A stretch of DNA of 64,000 nucleotides, from positions 2,927 to 66,926 of the forward strand of contig JAGGSB010000087.1 in assembly GCA_021159305.1 (NCBI GenBank), read 5' to 3'. The DNA is from Deltaproteobacteria bacterium. GTDB lineage: Bacteria > Campylobacterota_A > Desulfurellia > JAGGSF01. The notes beneath the pieces were generated by a model that searched no databases, had not been told where the DNA came from, and saw only the letters and a list, made by a program, of their open reading frames with translations. The stretch's first letter is position 1, and the number at the start of each line of letters is the position of its first letter. Shown here piece after piece: positions 43,562-54,251 of this stretch. The position numbers and the translations under genes were made by a program.

Positions 43562-44781
43562 TCTAATGCCTCTATACCAGGTAATGTTCCTTTCTCTAAA
43601 AACTGCAAACTCGCCCCTCCTCCTGTAGAAATGAAGGTAATTCCATCGCTTTCTTTCGCTTTTTTTATAGCACCATCCGTATCCCCTCCGCCCACGATGC
43701 TCATTGCAGGGCTTGATGCTACCTCGTGAGCAATAGAATTTGTGCCCCTTGCAAATTTATCTATCTCATAGACACCGAGAGGACCATTCCACACAATAGT
43801 AGCCGTATCTTCCAATACCTCACTGAATAACTTGCAAGAAGCAGGGCCGATGTCCGCGGCAAACCACTTGCAAGGAATTTCTTGATAAGGTACTATTTTA
43901 GTCACTGCGTCTTCTTCTATTCTTTCTGCTACTACAAAATCTACAGGTGGATACAGTTTTATCTTTTTATCTTTGGCCTGGGAAATAACAAATTTTGCCT
44001 GTTCAATAGAATCTTCATCAAACAGAGACGAACCCGCAGAAAAACCCATAGCATGGAGAAAAGTAAACGCCATTCCTCCACCTATAATTACCTTGTCCAA
44101 ATGATCTAACAGATTTATCAATGCTCCCAACTTTGTAGATATTTTTACACCACCCAGGATGAGGGCAAAGGGTCTCGCAGGATTTTCCAATATTTTTCTC
44201 CAATATCCCATCTCTTTCAATAGCAGAAGACCCGCTGCTTTTTTCTTGCACATCTTAGGCAGAGCATGCACCGATGCATTTCTTCTATGAGAAGTGCCAA
44301 ATGCATCACTTACATATATATCAAATAACCTCTTCAGTTGCCGGGCAAACACCTCGTCGTCTCTTCTCTCTCCATCGTAGAAACGCAGGTTTTCTAACAG
44401 GATAACATCTCCCTTTTTCATGGACGAAATTGTTTTTTCTACCTTTTCTCCTACGCAATCATCAACAAACAAAACCTTTTTCTTTAAAGCCTTAGACAGG
44501 TTCTCTGCAACCGGATATAGTGAGTACTGGGAATCTCTTTTTTTTGGTCTGCCAAGATGAGATGCCAGTATAACTTTTGCCCTCCTACTCAAAGCATACT
44601 CAATTGTGGGTAGCGTTTCTCTTATCCTCCTTTCGTCGCTGATATTTCCATCTTTATCCAAGGGCACATTAAAATCACAGCGAATAAATACTTTTTTACC
44701 ATCTATATCCAGATCTTTTATACTTTTCACTTTCTCCCTACCCATAACACCAAGTCTCTTAACCTGCAGGAATAAGCCCAC
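43558..44781 (-). CDS. pgk: phosphoglycerate kinase
   Basis: ~400 aa, [11 protein letters not shown]-terminal motif. True start is probably the internal ATG at ~44745, given the overlap with gap. Confidence 0.95.
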   Translation of the reverse strand: MGLFLQVKRLGVMGREKVKSIKDLDIDGKKVFIRCDFNVPLDKDGNISDERRIRETLPTIEYALSRRAKVILASHLGRPKKRDSQYSLYPVAENLSKALKKKVLFVDDCVGEKVEKTISSMKKGDVILLENLRFYDGERRDDEVFARQLKRLFDIYVSDAFGTSHRRNASVHALPKMCKKKAAGLLLLKEMGYWRKILENPARPFALILGGVKISTKLGALINLLDHLDKVIIGGGMAFTFLHAMGFSAGSSLFDEDSIEQAKFVISQAKDKKIKLYPPVDFVVAERIEEDAVTKIVPYQEIPCKWFAADIGPASCKLFSEVLEDTATIVWNGPLGVYEIDKFARGTNSIAHEVASSPAMSIVGGGDTDGAIKKAKESDGITFISTGGGASLQFLEKGTLPGIEALE

Positions 44782-45731
44782 TCGTTGTCATACCAGGAAA
44801 GAACCTTAACCATAGTCCCACCCATTACCTTCGTGGAAAGACCATCTACGACCGCAGAACAGCTATTCCCAACGATATCTCGAGAAACTATTGGTTCTTC
44901 GGTGTATCCCAATATTCCCTTCATCTCATTTTCAGAAGCTTTCCTGAAAGCATTGTTTACCTCTTCCACGGTAACATTCTTTTTAAGAATTGTTATTATA
45001 TCGGATATAGCCCCATCGACAGTGGGCACGCGCATCGCCATCCCATCAAATTTTCCCTTCAAGGAAGGAATAACCTGGGTTACCGCTACAGCAGCATTGG
45101 TAGTAGTAGGAATAATAGACATCGCAGCTGACCGAGCTCTTCTTAAATCCTTATGAGGAGCATCCAATAATCTTTGGTCATTGGTGTAAGAATGAACAGT
45201 GGTCATCAGTGCCTTTTCTACACCAAAACTCTCTTCCAATACCTTCATTACCGGTGTGAGGCTATTGGTAGTGCAGGAAGCATTGGAAATAATATTGTGT
45301 TTCTCAGGATTGTAATCTTTTTCATTGATTCCCATATTGATCATTACCGCATCTTTATCTTCATTTTTATATCTGGCACTAAGCACTACCTTCTTTGCTC
45401 CAGCTTGTAGATGCTTGCGGCAGTCTTCCAATTTGGTAAACAATCCCGTTGACTCTAACACAACATCTATGCCCATATCTTTCCAGGGCAGTTTTGCAGG
45501 GTCTCTTTCTGCTAAAATCTTGATCTCCTTACCATTTACTGTAATAAAACCCTTGCCTGCTTCAATATCGTAGGGAAGTATGCCAAAAGTAGAATCATAT
45601 TTTAAAAGGTGAGCTAAAGTATGAGCATCTGTAATATCATTTGTAGCTACTATATCTATTTCATCATATCCCGCACACGCTCGGAAGAACATCCGACCTA
45701 TCCTACCAAATCCATTGATCGCTACTTTCAT
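44727..45731 (-). CDS. gap: glyceraldehyde-3-phosphate dehydrogenase (type I)
   Basis: 334 aa. NGFGRIGR Rossmann motif and active-site ASCTTN. Confidence 0.95.
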   Translation of the reverse strand: MKVAINGFGRIGRMFFRACAGYDEIDIVATNDITDAHTLAHLLKYDSTFGILPYDIEAGKGFITVNGKEIKILAERDPAKLPWKDMGIDVVLESTGLFTKLEDCRKHLQAGAKKVVLSARYKNEDKDAVMINMGINEKDYNPEKHNIISNASCTTNSLTPVMKVLEESFGVEKALMTTVHSYTNDQRLLDAPHKDLRRARSAAMSIIPTTTNAAVAVTQVIPSLKGKFDGMAMRVPTVDGAISDIITILKKNVTVEEVNNAFRKASENEMKGILGYTEEPIVSRDIVGNSCSAVVDGLSTKVMGGTMVKVLSWYDNEWAYSCRLRDLVLWVGRK

Positions 45732-45810
45732 TTTTCACATCTCCTTTATTTTTTTATCAAATTACAACAAAATTATTTCTTTTGCAAGACAGTTTCGCTA
45801 TTATGAATAG

Positions 45811-46941
45811 ATGAAAAAAATACTATTTGTGTTAGGCGGACTGGATTTTGGTGGTATAGAGGTTTCACTGCTGGGTGTATGCAAGTATCTTAAAAGAAAA
45901 GGAAACTTTTATCCTGTTGTTTTGAATATCTCCGGACATGGAGATATGAACAAAAATTTTAGAGAAGAGGGAATAGAGCTTATAAATTTGAAAAACAACA
46001 ATGAAAGAACACTTTCCTGTCATAGATTAGATACCAGTTTCACTTTAAGAAGAATAATAAAAAACATTCATCCCCGTATTATTCACACTATGACCTTTCC
46101 TGCCGATTATCATACAAGGTTAGCCACATTGGGTATAAATATTCCCATAATCACACATATACAAAGTGCAAAGATAGAAAAAAAATGGCACAGGAGATTT
46201 TTTAATCGTCTGTTTTCTTCAAAAACTACATTGTATATTGCCGTATCTAAAAAGGTAAAAGAAATAGTAGAAAAGTGGCATACGAATAAAAAGCCTGTTT
46301 ATGTTTTATACAATGCCATAGATACAGAAAGATATAGAATACCTTCAAAGGAAGAGATAAAAGAAATGAAAGAAAAATTGAATATTAACAATGAATTTAT
46401 CATAGGCAGTGTGGGAAGAATGTTTATTGCTGCAAAGGGATTTGATATCTTAATAAGGGCATTCAAAAAAATACTGGATAAAGATATAAAGATGAAACTT
46501 GTCTTGGTGGGTTCTGGAAAAGATGAAAAACTCTTAAAAGATCTGGCAACTTCTTTAAACATACAAAAACAGGTAATCTTTACAGGTTACAAGAAAGATG
46601 CATATAAATATATGAGAATGATGGATTTGTTCATTATGCCATCTCTGTATGAAGGATTTGGCAATGTGCATTTAGAGGCAATGTATATGGGAGTGCCCTG
46701 TATTATATCAAGATATGTTCCATCCCTTGAGATTGCAGAGGATAGTGCATTTAAAATTAAACCCAACGAGAAAGAGATTGTGGACGCTGTTTTATATTTA
46801 ATGGAAAACAAAAAACTAAGAGAAAATATGGTGAAAGAAGGAAAGAGAATCATTCAATCCTTCACCACGGAAAGATATGTAGAAAAGCTGGAGAAGATAT
46901 ATGAAGATATTGGTAAGCGTTATTACACCCACCTACAATAG
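45811..46941 (+). CDS. glycosyltransferase family 4
   Basis: 376 aa, GT-B fold with EGFGNVHLEAMYMGVPCI (EX7E-like) motif. Confidence 0.8.
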   Translation: MKKILFVLGGLDFGGIEVSLLGVCKYLKRKGNFYPVVLNISGHGDMNKNFREEGIELINLKNNNERTLSCHRLDTSFTLRRIIKNIHPRIIHTMTFPADYHTRLATLGINIPIITHIQSAKIEKKWHRRFFNRLFSSKTTLYIAVSKKVKEIVEKWHTNKKPVYVLYNAIDTERYRIPSKEEIKEMKEKLNINNEFIIGSVGRMFIAAKGFDILIRAFKKILDKDIKMKLVLVGSGKDEKLLKDLATSLNIQKQVIFTGYKKDAYKYMRMMDLFIMPSLYEGFGNVHLEAMYMGVPCIISRYVPSLEIAEDSAFKIKPNEKEIVDAVLYLMENKKLRENMVKEGKRIIQSFTTERYVEKLEKIYEDIGKRYYTHLQ

Positions 46942-47800
46942 AAAAGAGCTGCTTTCCCGTGCTATAAAAAGTCTGCTCAAACAAACCTATACAAATTTTG
47001 AATCTATTGTTGTAGATGATGCTTCAAGTGATAATACAAAACAGGTCGTAAAAAGTTTCGCCGATGAGAGGATAAGTTATATTCGTCTATCTAAAAATAA
47101 AGGAGCTTTGGGTGCAAAGAATGAAGGCATAAGAAAAGCAAGGGGAAAAATCATTACATTTCTGGATAGTGATGATGAATTTTTGCCCGATGCCTTGGAA
47201 AAGATTGTAGATGCATTCAATTTTCTAAAAGAGGCAAAGGCTATATTCTTTGATTGTATAAATGAAAATGGAAAAATTACAGGAAAATGGACAGTAAAAA
47301 ACACATTTGTTACATTTCCAGAGCATTTGTGCAGAAAGATATATGGTGAATTTTTGCCTGCCTTAAGGAGAGAGGTATTTGAAAAAGAGATGTTCAATGA
47401 AGAGATGAGAAGCAACGAAAAAGAATTTTTCGCAAGGGTGTTAAAGAGATACGGAAAAATCCATTATGTTCCTGAGGTATGCAGGATATATCATCAAGAA
47501 GCACCCCATCGCATCACGGGGAAAGAACACATCTTTAAAAATTCACTACAGACCGCTTGTGACCTAAAGATATTCATAGATGAGTTCAAGCAGGATTTCT
47601 TGAGACTCTGTCCCGAGAGATTTTATTATTATACTTATACCATAGGGAAAAACTATTTGTTAGGAGGGGAAAATAAAAAAGCACGATATTTCTTCAAACA
47701 ATGTCTGCATCACCATTTAAATCTAAGGGTTTTAACAAAATGGATACTCACCTTTGGTGGCAGCAGTATCTATAGATATTATTTTATGAGAAGGACTTGA
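46901..47800 (+). CDS. glycosyltransferase family 2
   Basis: 299 aa. SVITPTYNR...VVDDASSDNT and DSDD motifs. Confidence 0.85.
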   Translation: MKILVSVITPTYNRKELLSRAIKSLLKQTYTNFESIVVDDASSDNTKQVVKSFADERISYIRLSKNKGALGAKNEGIRKARGKIITFLDSDDEFLPDALEKIVDAFNFLKEAKAIFFDCINENGKITGKWTVKNTFVTFPEHLCRKIYGEFLPALRREVFEKEMFNEEMRSNEKEFFARVLKRYGKIHYVPEVCRIYHQEAPHRITGKEHIFKNSLQTACDLKIFIDEFKQDFLRLCPERFYYYTYTIGKNYLLGGENKKARYFFKQCLHHHLNLRVLTKWILTFGGSSIYRYYFMRRT

Positions 47801-48881
47801 TCTTCTTATTTATCTTTGTAAAAAAGGAAGAGCTATAGGTGATAAGCTGTCTTGCAAAGATGAGTTTCTTTTTATGGGGATGTATGCGAGGAACAAATAA
47901 TGGATTTGAATGCGAAGAAAAATACCCCTTTTCTGTTGTATAGCAAAATTTATAACCTGTCTTCTTTGCCAGCCTTACCGCTATGTCATCGTATTCACCA
48001 AATGGCCAGCTTAAATGATTTACTTTTGAATTAAAAGATGATTCTATTATCTTCTTTGATTTAGAAAGTTCTTCCTCTGTTCTTTTGATTCTTTCTTGCT
48101 CTGTTTCATAATGACCGAGGGATGAAAAATTATTTATCACCCTTCTTAATTCTCTTTGCCAGTTGTTTTTTAAAGATGCATCTTCTGCAAAACCTGCAGC
48201 TGCTCTTTTTACCTCATCCTTTACAAAAAATCTTCTGGAGGAAACAACACTTTTCATGGGGAAAATGGGCAAACCATAAAATAGCTTTTCTTCTTCCAAT
48301 GCATAGGGAAGTGACCAGCTATGTTTAATCTTAAGAGAAGGGTTGTAGAAACCTATGAGCTTATGAGAACAAAAGTGTCTTACATGAAGGTGGGTATGGG
48401 ATTGAATGCTGAATACATCTCTCATGTTGTAAATCTCCTCATAGGAGAGAAACTCTGATGATGTTCCGTTTTTTAAAAATTCTTTATTCGCCTTATCCAT
48501 ACCAGAGGGAATAAATAGTTCATTAAAATTTATTTTCCCATCCCAGTAATCAAACAATGTCTTCCTTAAAATTGTATGTTTGTTGATGCGAGAAGTGGCT
48601 AAAAATAATATTGCCTTCAACCCTAATTTCTTTAAAATAGGATAGGCATAGATGAAATTATCCACATATCCATCATCAAAGGTAATAACAACGCCTTTTG
48701 ATTTTTTCTCATTTAGATCATCTGCTGTAAGATGATTAAAAAAGCGTTTTATAAACTTCATCTGCCAGTAGAATACATCTAAAGGCATTGCTTCACCATC
48801 GTCCTTCGGACTTATCCTGTGGTAACAGAGAACAGCTACAGCCATGGCTCCATTATAAGCGAAACAATTTTGAAATAACAA
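47784..48881 (-). CDS. polysaccharide deacetylase (NodB-homology) family protein
   Basis: 365 aa, VITFDDGYVDNF and LGLKAILFLAT motifs. Confidence 0.7.
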   Translation of the reverse strand: MLFQNCFAYNGAMAVAVLCYHRISPKDDGEAMPLDVFYWQMKFIKRFFNHLTADDLNEKKSKGVVITFDDGYVDNFIYAYPILKKLGLKAILFLATSRINKHTILRKTLFDYWDGKINFNELFIPSGMDKANKEFLKNGTSSEFLSYEEIYNMRDVFSIQSHTHLHVRHFCSHKLIGFYNPSLKIKHSWSLPYALEEEKLFYGLPIFPMKSVVSSRRFFVKDEVKRAAAGFAEDASLKNNWQRELRRVINNFSSLGHYETEQERIKRTEEELSKSKKIIESSFNSKVNHLSWPFGEYDDIAVRLAKKTGYKFCYTTEKGYFSSHSNPLFVPRIHPHKKKLIFARQLITYSSSFFTKINKKIKSFS

Positions 48882-48929
48882 CTATTATAGTTAAAGGATT
48901 GATTTTTTAATACTTTTATAGTAAATATA

Positions 48930-49478
48930 ATGCACATGATGGAAGTTAGAATTCACGGAAGAGGGGGACAGGGAGCGGTTGTCGCATCTCAAATTCTTGC
49001 TTTAGCAGCAATGAAAGAAGGCAAATATGTGCAATCCTTTCCGGAGTTTGGTGTGGAGAGAAGGGGTGCCACGGTAGAGGCATTTGTAAGGATAGCAGAT
49101 AAAAAGATAAATGAAAGATGCAAGATATATCATCCTCACTATGTAGTTGTCATGGACCCTGCACTTGTAAACATAGTTGATGTAACTGAAGGTATAAGGG
49201 AAAACGGATGGGTACTCATAAATACAAGTAAAACACCTACGGATTTCTCTTTTCATGCCAATGTAACTACGATAGATGCTTTTTCTATCGCCACTGAAAA
49301 AGAATTGGGCTCACATGGGCATCCCATTGTAAATACCACTATTTTAGGAGCATTTGTAAAGATAGCCCCGGTTGTTAACATCAAAACCCTGGTAGAAGCA
49401 ATAAAGGAAAGTATTTCTTCAAATACAGAAAAAAATGTAGAAGCGGCGTTAGCTGCCTATGATAAGGTAAAAATATGA
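48930..49478 (+). CDS. 2-oxoacid:ferredoxin oxidoreductase subunit gamma
   Basis: 182 aa, IHGRGGQGAVVASQILA. First gene of a G-D-A-B ordered OFOR operon. Confidence 0.85.
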   Translation: MHMMEVRIHGRGGQGAVVASQILALAAMKEGKYVQSFPEFGVERRGATVEAFVRIADKKINERCKIYHPHYVVVMDPALVNIVDVTEGIRENGWVLINTSKTPTDFSFHANVTTIDAFSIATEKELGSHGHPIVNTTILGAFVKIAPVVNIKTLVEAIKESISSNTEKNVEAALAAYDKVKI

Positions 49479-50995
49479 AATTTCGCGCATCGGAACTGCC
49501 GCTTACTCCAATTTCTCTAAAAAATACAATTTCTATTAGAACAGGAGACTGGAAATATGTGGAGCCATTCTATGAAGGAAAATTAGCTCCCTGCATCTCT
49601 GCCTGTCCGGTGGGAACGGATATCACCAGTTGTATTGCCCTTTTAGCTAAAGAAGAATTTCAAGAAGCAGCTAAACTGTGGAAAGAAAGTAATCCCTTTC
49701 CTGGTGTGTGCGGCAGAGTATGTCCCAGATTTTGTGAGAGGGAATGTCTTCGTAAAAACTTAGGTGGAAGCGTAAAAATTCACCTTTTAGAAAGGTTCAT
49801 TGGGGATTTAAATATTTATGTTCAAAACAAAATTCAGAAAAACGGGAAGAAAATAGCTATCGTAGGCTCTGGCCCGGCAGGACTTGCCTGTGCTTATCAT
49901 CTTTCAAGAAAGGGATATGAAGTAACCATTTTTGAAAAAGAAAATCTTTTAGGAGGGCTCCTGCGCGCTATTCCCTCTTACCGATTACCTCCGGAAATTG
50001 TAGATAAAGAGATTGAAGGAATTTTAAAACAGGGAATGGATATAGAAATAAATAAAGAGTTGGGAAAAGATTTTTCCTTGGAAGAGTTAAAACAAAAATT
50101 TGATGCAATCTGTATAGCCACAGGACTGAAGGAAAGAAAGTTGAATATAAAAGGAGCGAAACTTTCTAATGTATGGAGTGGCAGAGAATTCTTAAAACTG
50201 AATAAGGATATACAAAACAAAAAGATTGCCGTAATCGGCGGCGGAGATACGGCTATAGATGCGGCGAGAACAGCTTTAAGAAGAGATTCAAAGGTTGATA
50301 TCTTTTACAGACGGAGAATGGAAGATATGCCTGCTAATCCTTATGAAGTAGAAGAAGCCATAGAAGAAGGTGTTGATATAAAATACTTATCCGAACCTTT
50401 AAAAATAGAAAAATACAACTCTTTTCTCAGGCTTTTTTTAAAAAAGAAAGCAGATGAAAAAGACGAATTTTTCATCAGTACAGATGGAGTGGTGATAGCA
50501 ATTGGCGAAGAGAGAGAAATGGTTAACAACGAAATAAAGGATACTTTTCTCTGCGGCGATATACTAACGCAAAAAGGAACAGTGTCTCATGCCATTGGTT
50601 CTGGTAAAGAGGTTGCTTCTTTAATTCATGAATACTTTTTTGGAGAAGAAACTTCTACTGCTTTACCTATTGCGAAGTTTGAAGACTTAAATTTAGATTA
50701 TTTCAAGGAAGAGTATCCACCAGAAGAGAAAAAAAGAGATATATCTCAAAGGATAAAGGATTTTGATGAGGTATATCAGGGATTAACAAAAGAAGAGGTA
50801 ATAAAAGAAGCAAAGAGATGTTTTGGTTGTGGAAAGTGCAATGGATGCGATAACTGTTATGTATTTTGTCCTGACGCAGCTATTTCTAAACAAGATGGGA
50901 AATACATTATAGATTATGACCATTGTAAGGGCTGTGGTATATGTATGGAAGAATGTCCCAGAAGTGTAATTTCCATGAGGAGAACAGAAAAATGA
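49475..50995 (+). CDS. fusion protein: GltD/NfnB-like FAD/NAD(P)H oxidoreductase (N-terminal ~400 aa) plus OFOR delta-type 2x[4Fe-4S] ferredoxin (C-terminal ~90 aa)
   Basis: 506 aa. N-terminus: CISACPVGTD...FPGVCGRVCPRFCEREC (GltD-type FeS), FAD site IAIVGSGPAGLACA, NAD(P)H site IAVIGGGDTAIDAA. C-terminus: CNGCDNCYVFCP and CKGCGICMEECP. It occupies the delta position between gamma and alpha. The stop overlaps the alpha start (ATGA). Confidence 0.8.
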   Translation: MKFRASELPLTPISLKNTISIRTGDWKYVEPFYEGKLAPCISACPVGTDITSCIALLAKEEFQEAAKLWKESNPFPGVCGRVCPRFCERECLRKNLGGSVKIHLLERFIGDLNIYVQNKIQKNGKKIAIVGSGPAGLACAYHLSRKGYEVTIFEKENLLGGLLRAIPSYRLPPEIVDKEIEGILKQGMDIEINKELGKDFSLEELKQKFDAICIATGLKERKLNIKGAKLSNVWSGREFLKLNKDIQNKKIAVIGGGDTAIDAARTALRRDSKVDIFYRRRMEDMPANPYEVEEAIEEGVDIKYLSEPLKIEKYNSFLRLFLKKKADEKDEFFISTDGVVIAIGEEREMVNNEIKDTFLCGDILTQKGTVSHAIGSGKEVASLIHEYFFGEETSTALPIAKFEDLNLDYFKEEYPPEEKKRDISQRIKDFDEVYQGLTKEEVIKEAKRCFGCGKCNGCDNCYVFCPDAAISKQDGKYIIDYDHCKGCGICMEECPRSVISMRRTEK

Positions 50996-52143
50996 AAAAA
51001 CTTCTTACCGGAAATTATGCTGCCTCTTACGGTGCCATACTATCCCGGGCAGAGGTTATCTCTGCTTACCCCATTACACCCCAGACCCAAATTGTAGAAA
51101 AACTATCTACTATGGTGGCAGAGGGAAAATTGGATGCCGAATTTATCAATGTAGAATCGGAACGCTCAGCCCTGGCAGTATGTATGGGTGCATCTGCAAC
51201 AGGTGCCCGTGCATTTACGGCAACTTCAGCCCAGGGATTAGCTCTTATGCATGAACTTTTGCACTGGGCAGCAGGTGCACGTTTACCTTTGGTCTTGGTT
51301 AATGTCAACCGGGCAATGGCTCCTGGCTGGACAGTATGGTGTGATGAAAACGACAGCCTGTCGCAGAGAGATACGGGTTGGATACAGCTTTATTGTGAAA
51401 GTAATCAGGAAGTATTAGATACGGTTATTCAAGCCTACAAAATTGCAGAAAAGATTATGTTACCGGTGATGATTTGTATGGACGGTATATTTCTATCTCA
51501 TACCCAGGAGGTAGTGGATGTTCCAGAGCAAGAAAAAGTAGACAGGTTTCTTCTCCCTTACAAGCCACCGTTTTCCCTGGACACATCTTCTCCTCATGCC
51601 TTTGGCAGTCTTGTGCCCCCTCATGTTTATTTTGAGTTTCGCTACAAATTGCAGCAGGCGATGGATGAGGCGCAAACAGAAATTGAGAAAACAGGCAAAG
51701 AATTTGGAAATACATTTGGAAGAGATTATGGACTTTTGGATGAATATCTCCTGAATGATGCAGAGGTAGCTATTGTTGCTTTAGGAACAGTGTGCGGAAC
51801 ATGCAGAGTAGCAATAGATAGATTAAATGAAAAAGGAAACAAGATCGGAATGCTCAGAATAAGAACATTTAGACCATTGCCTAAGAAAAAAATAATAGAG
51901 AGTTTAAAAGATGTAAAAAAGATTATTATAATAGACAGAAACATTTCCTACGGTCACCATGGTATTTTACACGAGGAGATAAAATCCGCATTTTATAGAA
52001 AACTAAATATGCCCCTGTTTGGTTTTATTGCCGGGTTAGGGGGTAGAGACATTACGCCCGAAGATATCGAACAGATGGTAAACTACACATTGAAACATGA
52101 AGAGCCAGATACAGACATTCTATGGTGGGGAGTAAATAAATGA
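50992..52143 (+). CDS. 2-oxoacid:ferredoxin oxidoreductase subunit alpha
   Basis: Starts MKKLLTGNYAASYGA at the ATG overlapping the upstream stop. ~383 aa. Confidence 0.9.
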   Translation: MKKLLTGNYAASYGAILSRAEVISAYPITPQTQIVEKLSTMVAEGKLDAEFINVESERSALAVCMGASATGARAFTATSAQGLALMHELLHWAAGARLPLVLVNVNRAMAPGWTVWCDENDSLSQRDTGWIQLYCESNQEVLDTVIQAYKIAEKIMLPVMICMDGIFLSHTQEVVDVPEQEKVDRFLLPYKPPFSLDTSSPHAFGSLVPPHVYFEFRYKLQQAMDEAQTEIEKTGKEFGNTFGRDYGLLDEYLLNDAEVAIVALGTVCGTCRVAIDRLNEKGNKIGMLRIRTFRPLPKKKIIESLKDVKKIIIIDRNISYGHHGILHEEIKSAFYRKLNMPLFGFIAGLGGRDITPEDIEQMVNYTLKHEEPDTDILWWGVNK

Positions 52144-53045
52144 AAATATTTACCATACCCGAAGAAGAAAATATGAACTCGGGGCATGTCGCCTGTCCAG
52201 GGTGTGCCTCTGCGTTGTCAATGAGGTTTGCTTTAAAAGCATTGGGAAGAGAAACTATCCTCACCGTTCCTGCCTGCTGCTGGTCTGTTATAGATGGTCC
52301 TTTTCCTTATTCTGCGGTAAAAGTGCCTTTATTTCATATTGCTTTCGGCACAACTGCAGCCTTTGCTTCCGGCATCAAAGCCGCTTTAAAAATGAAGAAT
52401 AAAAAAGCCAATGTCGTGGTATGGTGTGGAGATGGAGAGGCATTTGATATAGGTTTCCAAACCTTATCTGGGGCTGCAGAGAGAAAGGAGAATATTATCT
52501 TTGTATGTTATGATAATGAAGGCTATATGAATACGGGAATCCAACGCTCTTCTGCTACACCAATAAAAGCCTGGACAACTACTACTCCCCAAAAATATCC
52601 TAAACAGGAATTTAAAAAAGATTTAATGGAGATCTTTGCTGCCCATAGGATTCCCTATGCCGCAACAGCGACGGTGGCTTTTCCTGAAGATATGATAAGA
52701 AAATTTTCTAAAGCCAAAGAAATAGAAGGATTAAAACTTATTCATATTCTTTCTCCATGCCCCCCAGGGTGGAAATTTCCAGAGAACCTTACTATAAAAA
52801 TTTCTCGTTTGGCTGTAGAAACAGGGATTTTTCCACTTTATGAAATAGAGCACGGTGAAAAGTATACGATAAACCATATACCAAAGTGGTTACCAGTAGA
52901 GGACTATTTGAAGAAGCAAGGAAGGTTTTCTCATCTAACAGGAAAGGATTACCAAGAAAAAAAAGCATCTGTTGAAAAAAAATGGCTTGAGCTTAGAGAA
53001 AAATCTAAATCTCTTGAAAAAATTCCAAAATTAAGTAATAATTAA
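52140..53045 (+). CDS. 2-oxoacid:ferredoxin oxidoreductase subunit beta (TPP-binding)
   Basis: 301 aa. Cys ligands CPGC...C and TPP motif GDGEAFDIG. Confidence 0.9.
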   Translation: MKIFTIPEEENMNSGHVACPGCASALSMRFALKALGRETILTVPACCWSVIDGPFPYSAVKVPLFHIAFGTTAAFASGIKAALKMKNKKANVVVWCGDGEAFDIGFQTLSGAAERKENIIFVCYDNEGYMNTGIQRSSATPIKAWTTTTPQKYPKQEFKKDLMEIFAAHRIPYAATATVAFPEDMIRKFSKAKEIEGLKLIHILSPCPPGWKFPENLTIKISRLAVETGIFPLYEIEHGEKYTINHIPKWLPVEDYLKKQGRFSHLTGKDYQEKKASVEKKWLELREKSKSLEKIPKLSNN

Positions 53046-53076
53046 CTTACACTTACAAGTTTAAAAGGAGGTAAAG

Positions 53077-54240
53077 ATGATAAGGTTACATGAATACCAG
53101 GCAAAGCGGATATTTTTATCCTATGACATTTCTGTTCCTACGGGATATGTTGCCTTTTCACCGGACGATGCCTGGAAAATAGCGTTGGAAATCGGTCCGC
53201 CTGTGGTTTTAAAGGCACAAATTCACGCTGGGGGAAGAGGATTGGCCGGTGGTGTAAAAATTGCCAAAACAGCAGATGAAGCAAAAGAAATCGCCTCTCA
53301 GATATTAGGAAAAAAATTGGTTACTGCACAAACAGGATCTCAGGGAATAATAGTAAAAAGATTGTTGGTGGAAGAAGCAGTAAATATAGATAGAGAAATA
53401 TACTTCAGTATTGTCGTTGATAGAAAAACATGTAAGCCGGCAATTATTGCCTCATCTGCCGGTGGAATGGCGATTGAAGAAATTGCAAAAAATCATCCCG
53501 AACAGATTATTACTGAACCCATTGAACCAATAGTGGGCATTATGCCCTATCAAATAAGAAGATTAAGTGATTTCTTAGGATTTGATAATAATAAAAAAGA
53601 GGCAGCACATATCTTCACCACACTGTACAAAATATTTGTGGAAAAAGACTGTAGGTTAGTAGAGACCAATCCTTTAGTTCTGTGTAAAAATGGCAGTTTG
53701 ATGGCCATAGATGCAAAGATGAGCATTGATGAAGATGCATTATTCAGACAAAAAGATATGGCAAGACTATGGGATATTACACAATCAGATCCGTCTGAGT
53801 TGGAAGCACAAAAACATAAACTGAGTTTTGTAAGATTAGATGGTAATATTGGCTGTATGGTGAATGGAGCAGGATTGTCTATGGCTACAATGGACCTCAT
53901 AAAGATGCATGGAGGAGAACCAGCAAATTTCCTTGATGTTGGCGGCAAAGCAACACCAGAAACAATTGCCAAAGGTTTTGAAATAATATTAAATGATCCT
54001 TCAGTGCGAGCAATATTGGTAAACATATTCGGCGGCATTGTTAGATGCGATAGGGTAGCAGACGGAATCATAAAAGCTGTACAACAGGTTAATGTGAATG
54101 TACCAGTTGCAATACGGCTTGCAGGCACAAACAGAGAAGAAGCAATAAGTATATTAAAAAAAGCTCCATTTAAATTTTCAGTTATGGATGATTTAAATGA
54201 AGCAGCGAAAGAAGTCGTTAAGTTAGCAAAGAGTGCTTAG
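53077..54240 (+). CDS. sucC: succinate--CoA ligase beta subunit
   Basis: 387 aa, MIRLHEYQAKRIF ATP-grasp N-terminus and GGIVRCD motif. Confidence 0.9.
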   Translation: MIRLHEYQAKRIFLSYDISVPTGYVAFSPDDAWKIALEIGPPVVLKAQIHAGGRGLAGGVKIAKTADEAKEIASQILGKKLVTAQTGSQGIIVKRLLVEEAVNIDREIYFSIVVDRKTCKPAIIASSAGGMAIEEIAKNHPEQIITEPIEPIVGIMPYQIRRLSDFLGFDNNKKEAAHIFTTLYKIFVEKDCRLVETNPLVLCKNGSLMAIDAKMSIDEDALFRQKDMARLWDITQSDPSELEAQKHKLSFVRLDGNIGCMVNGAGLSMATMDLIKMHGGEPANFLDVGGKATPETIAKGFEIILNDPSVRAILVNIFGGIVRCDRVADGIIKAVQQVNVNVPVAIRLAGTNREEAISILKKAPFKFSVMDDLNEAAKEVVKLAKSA

Positions 54241-54251
54241 GGAGGAAAAAA

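Noticed and set aside
43558-44781. 55-nt overlap between gap and pgk as a possible annotation error or programmed frameshift
   Set aside because: An in-frame internal ATG at ~44745 reduces the overlap to ~18 nt and gives a normal Pgk N-terminus. This is most simply a start-site choice issue.
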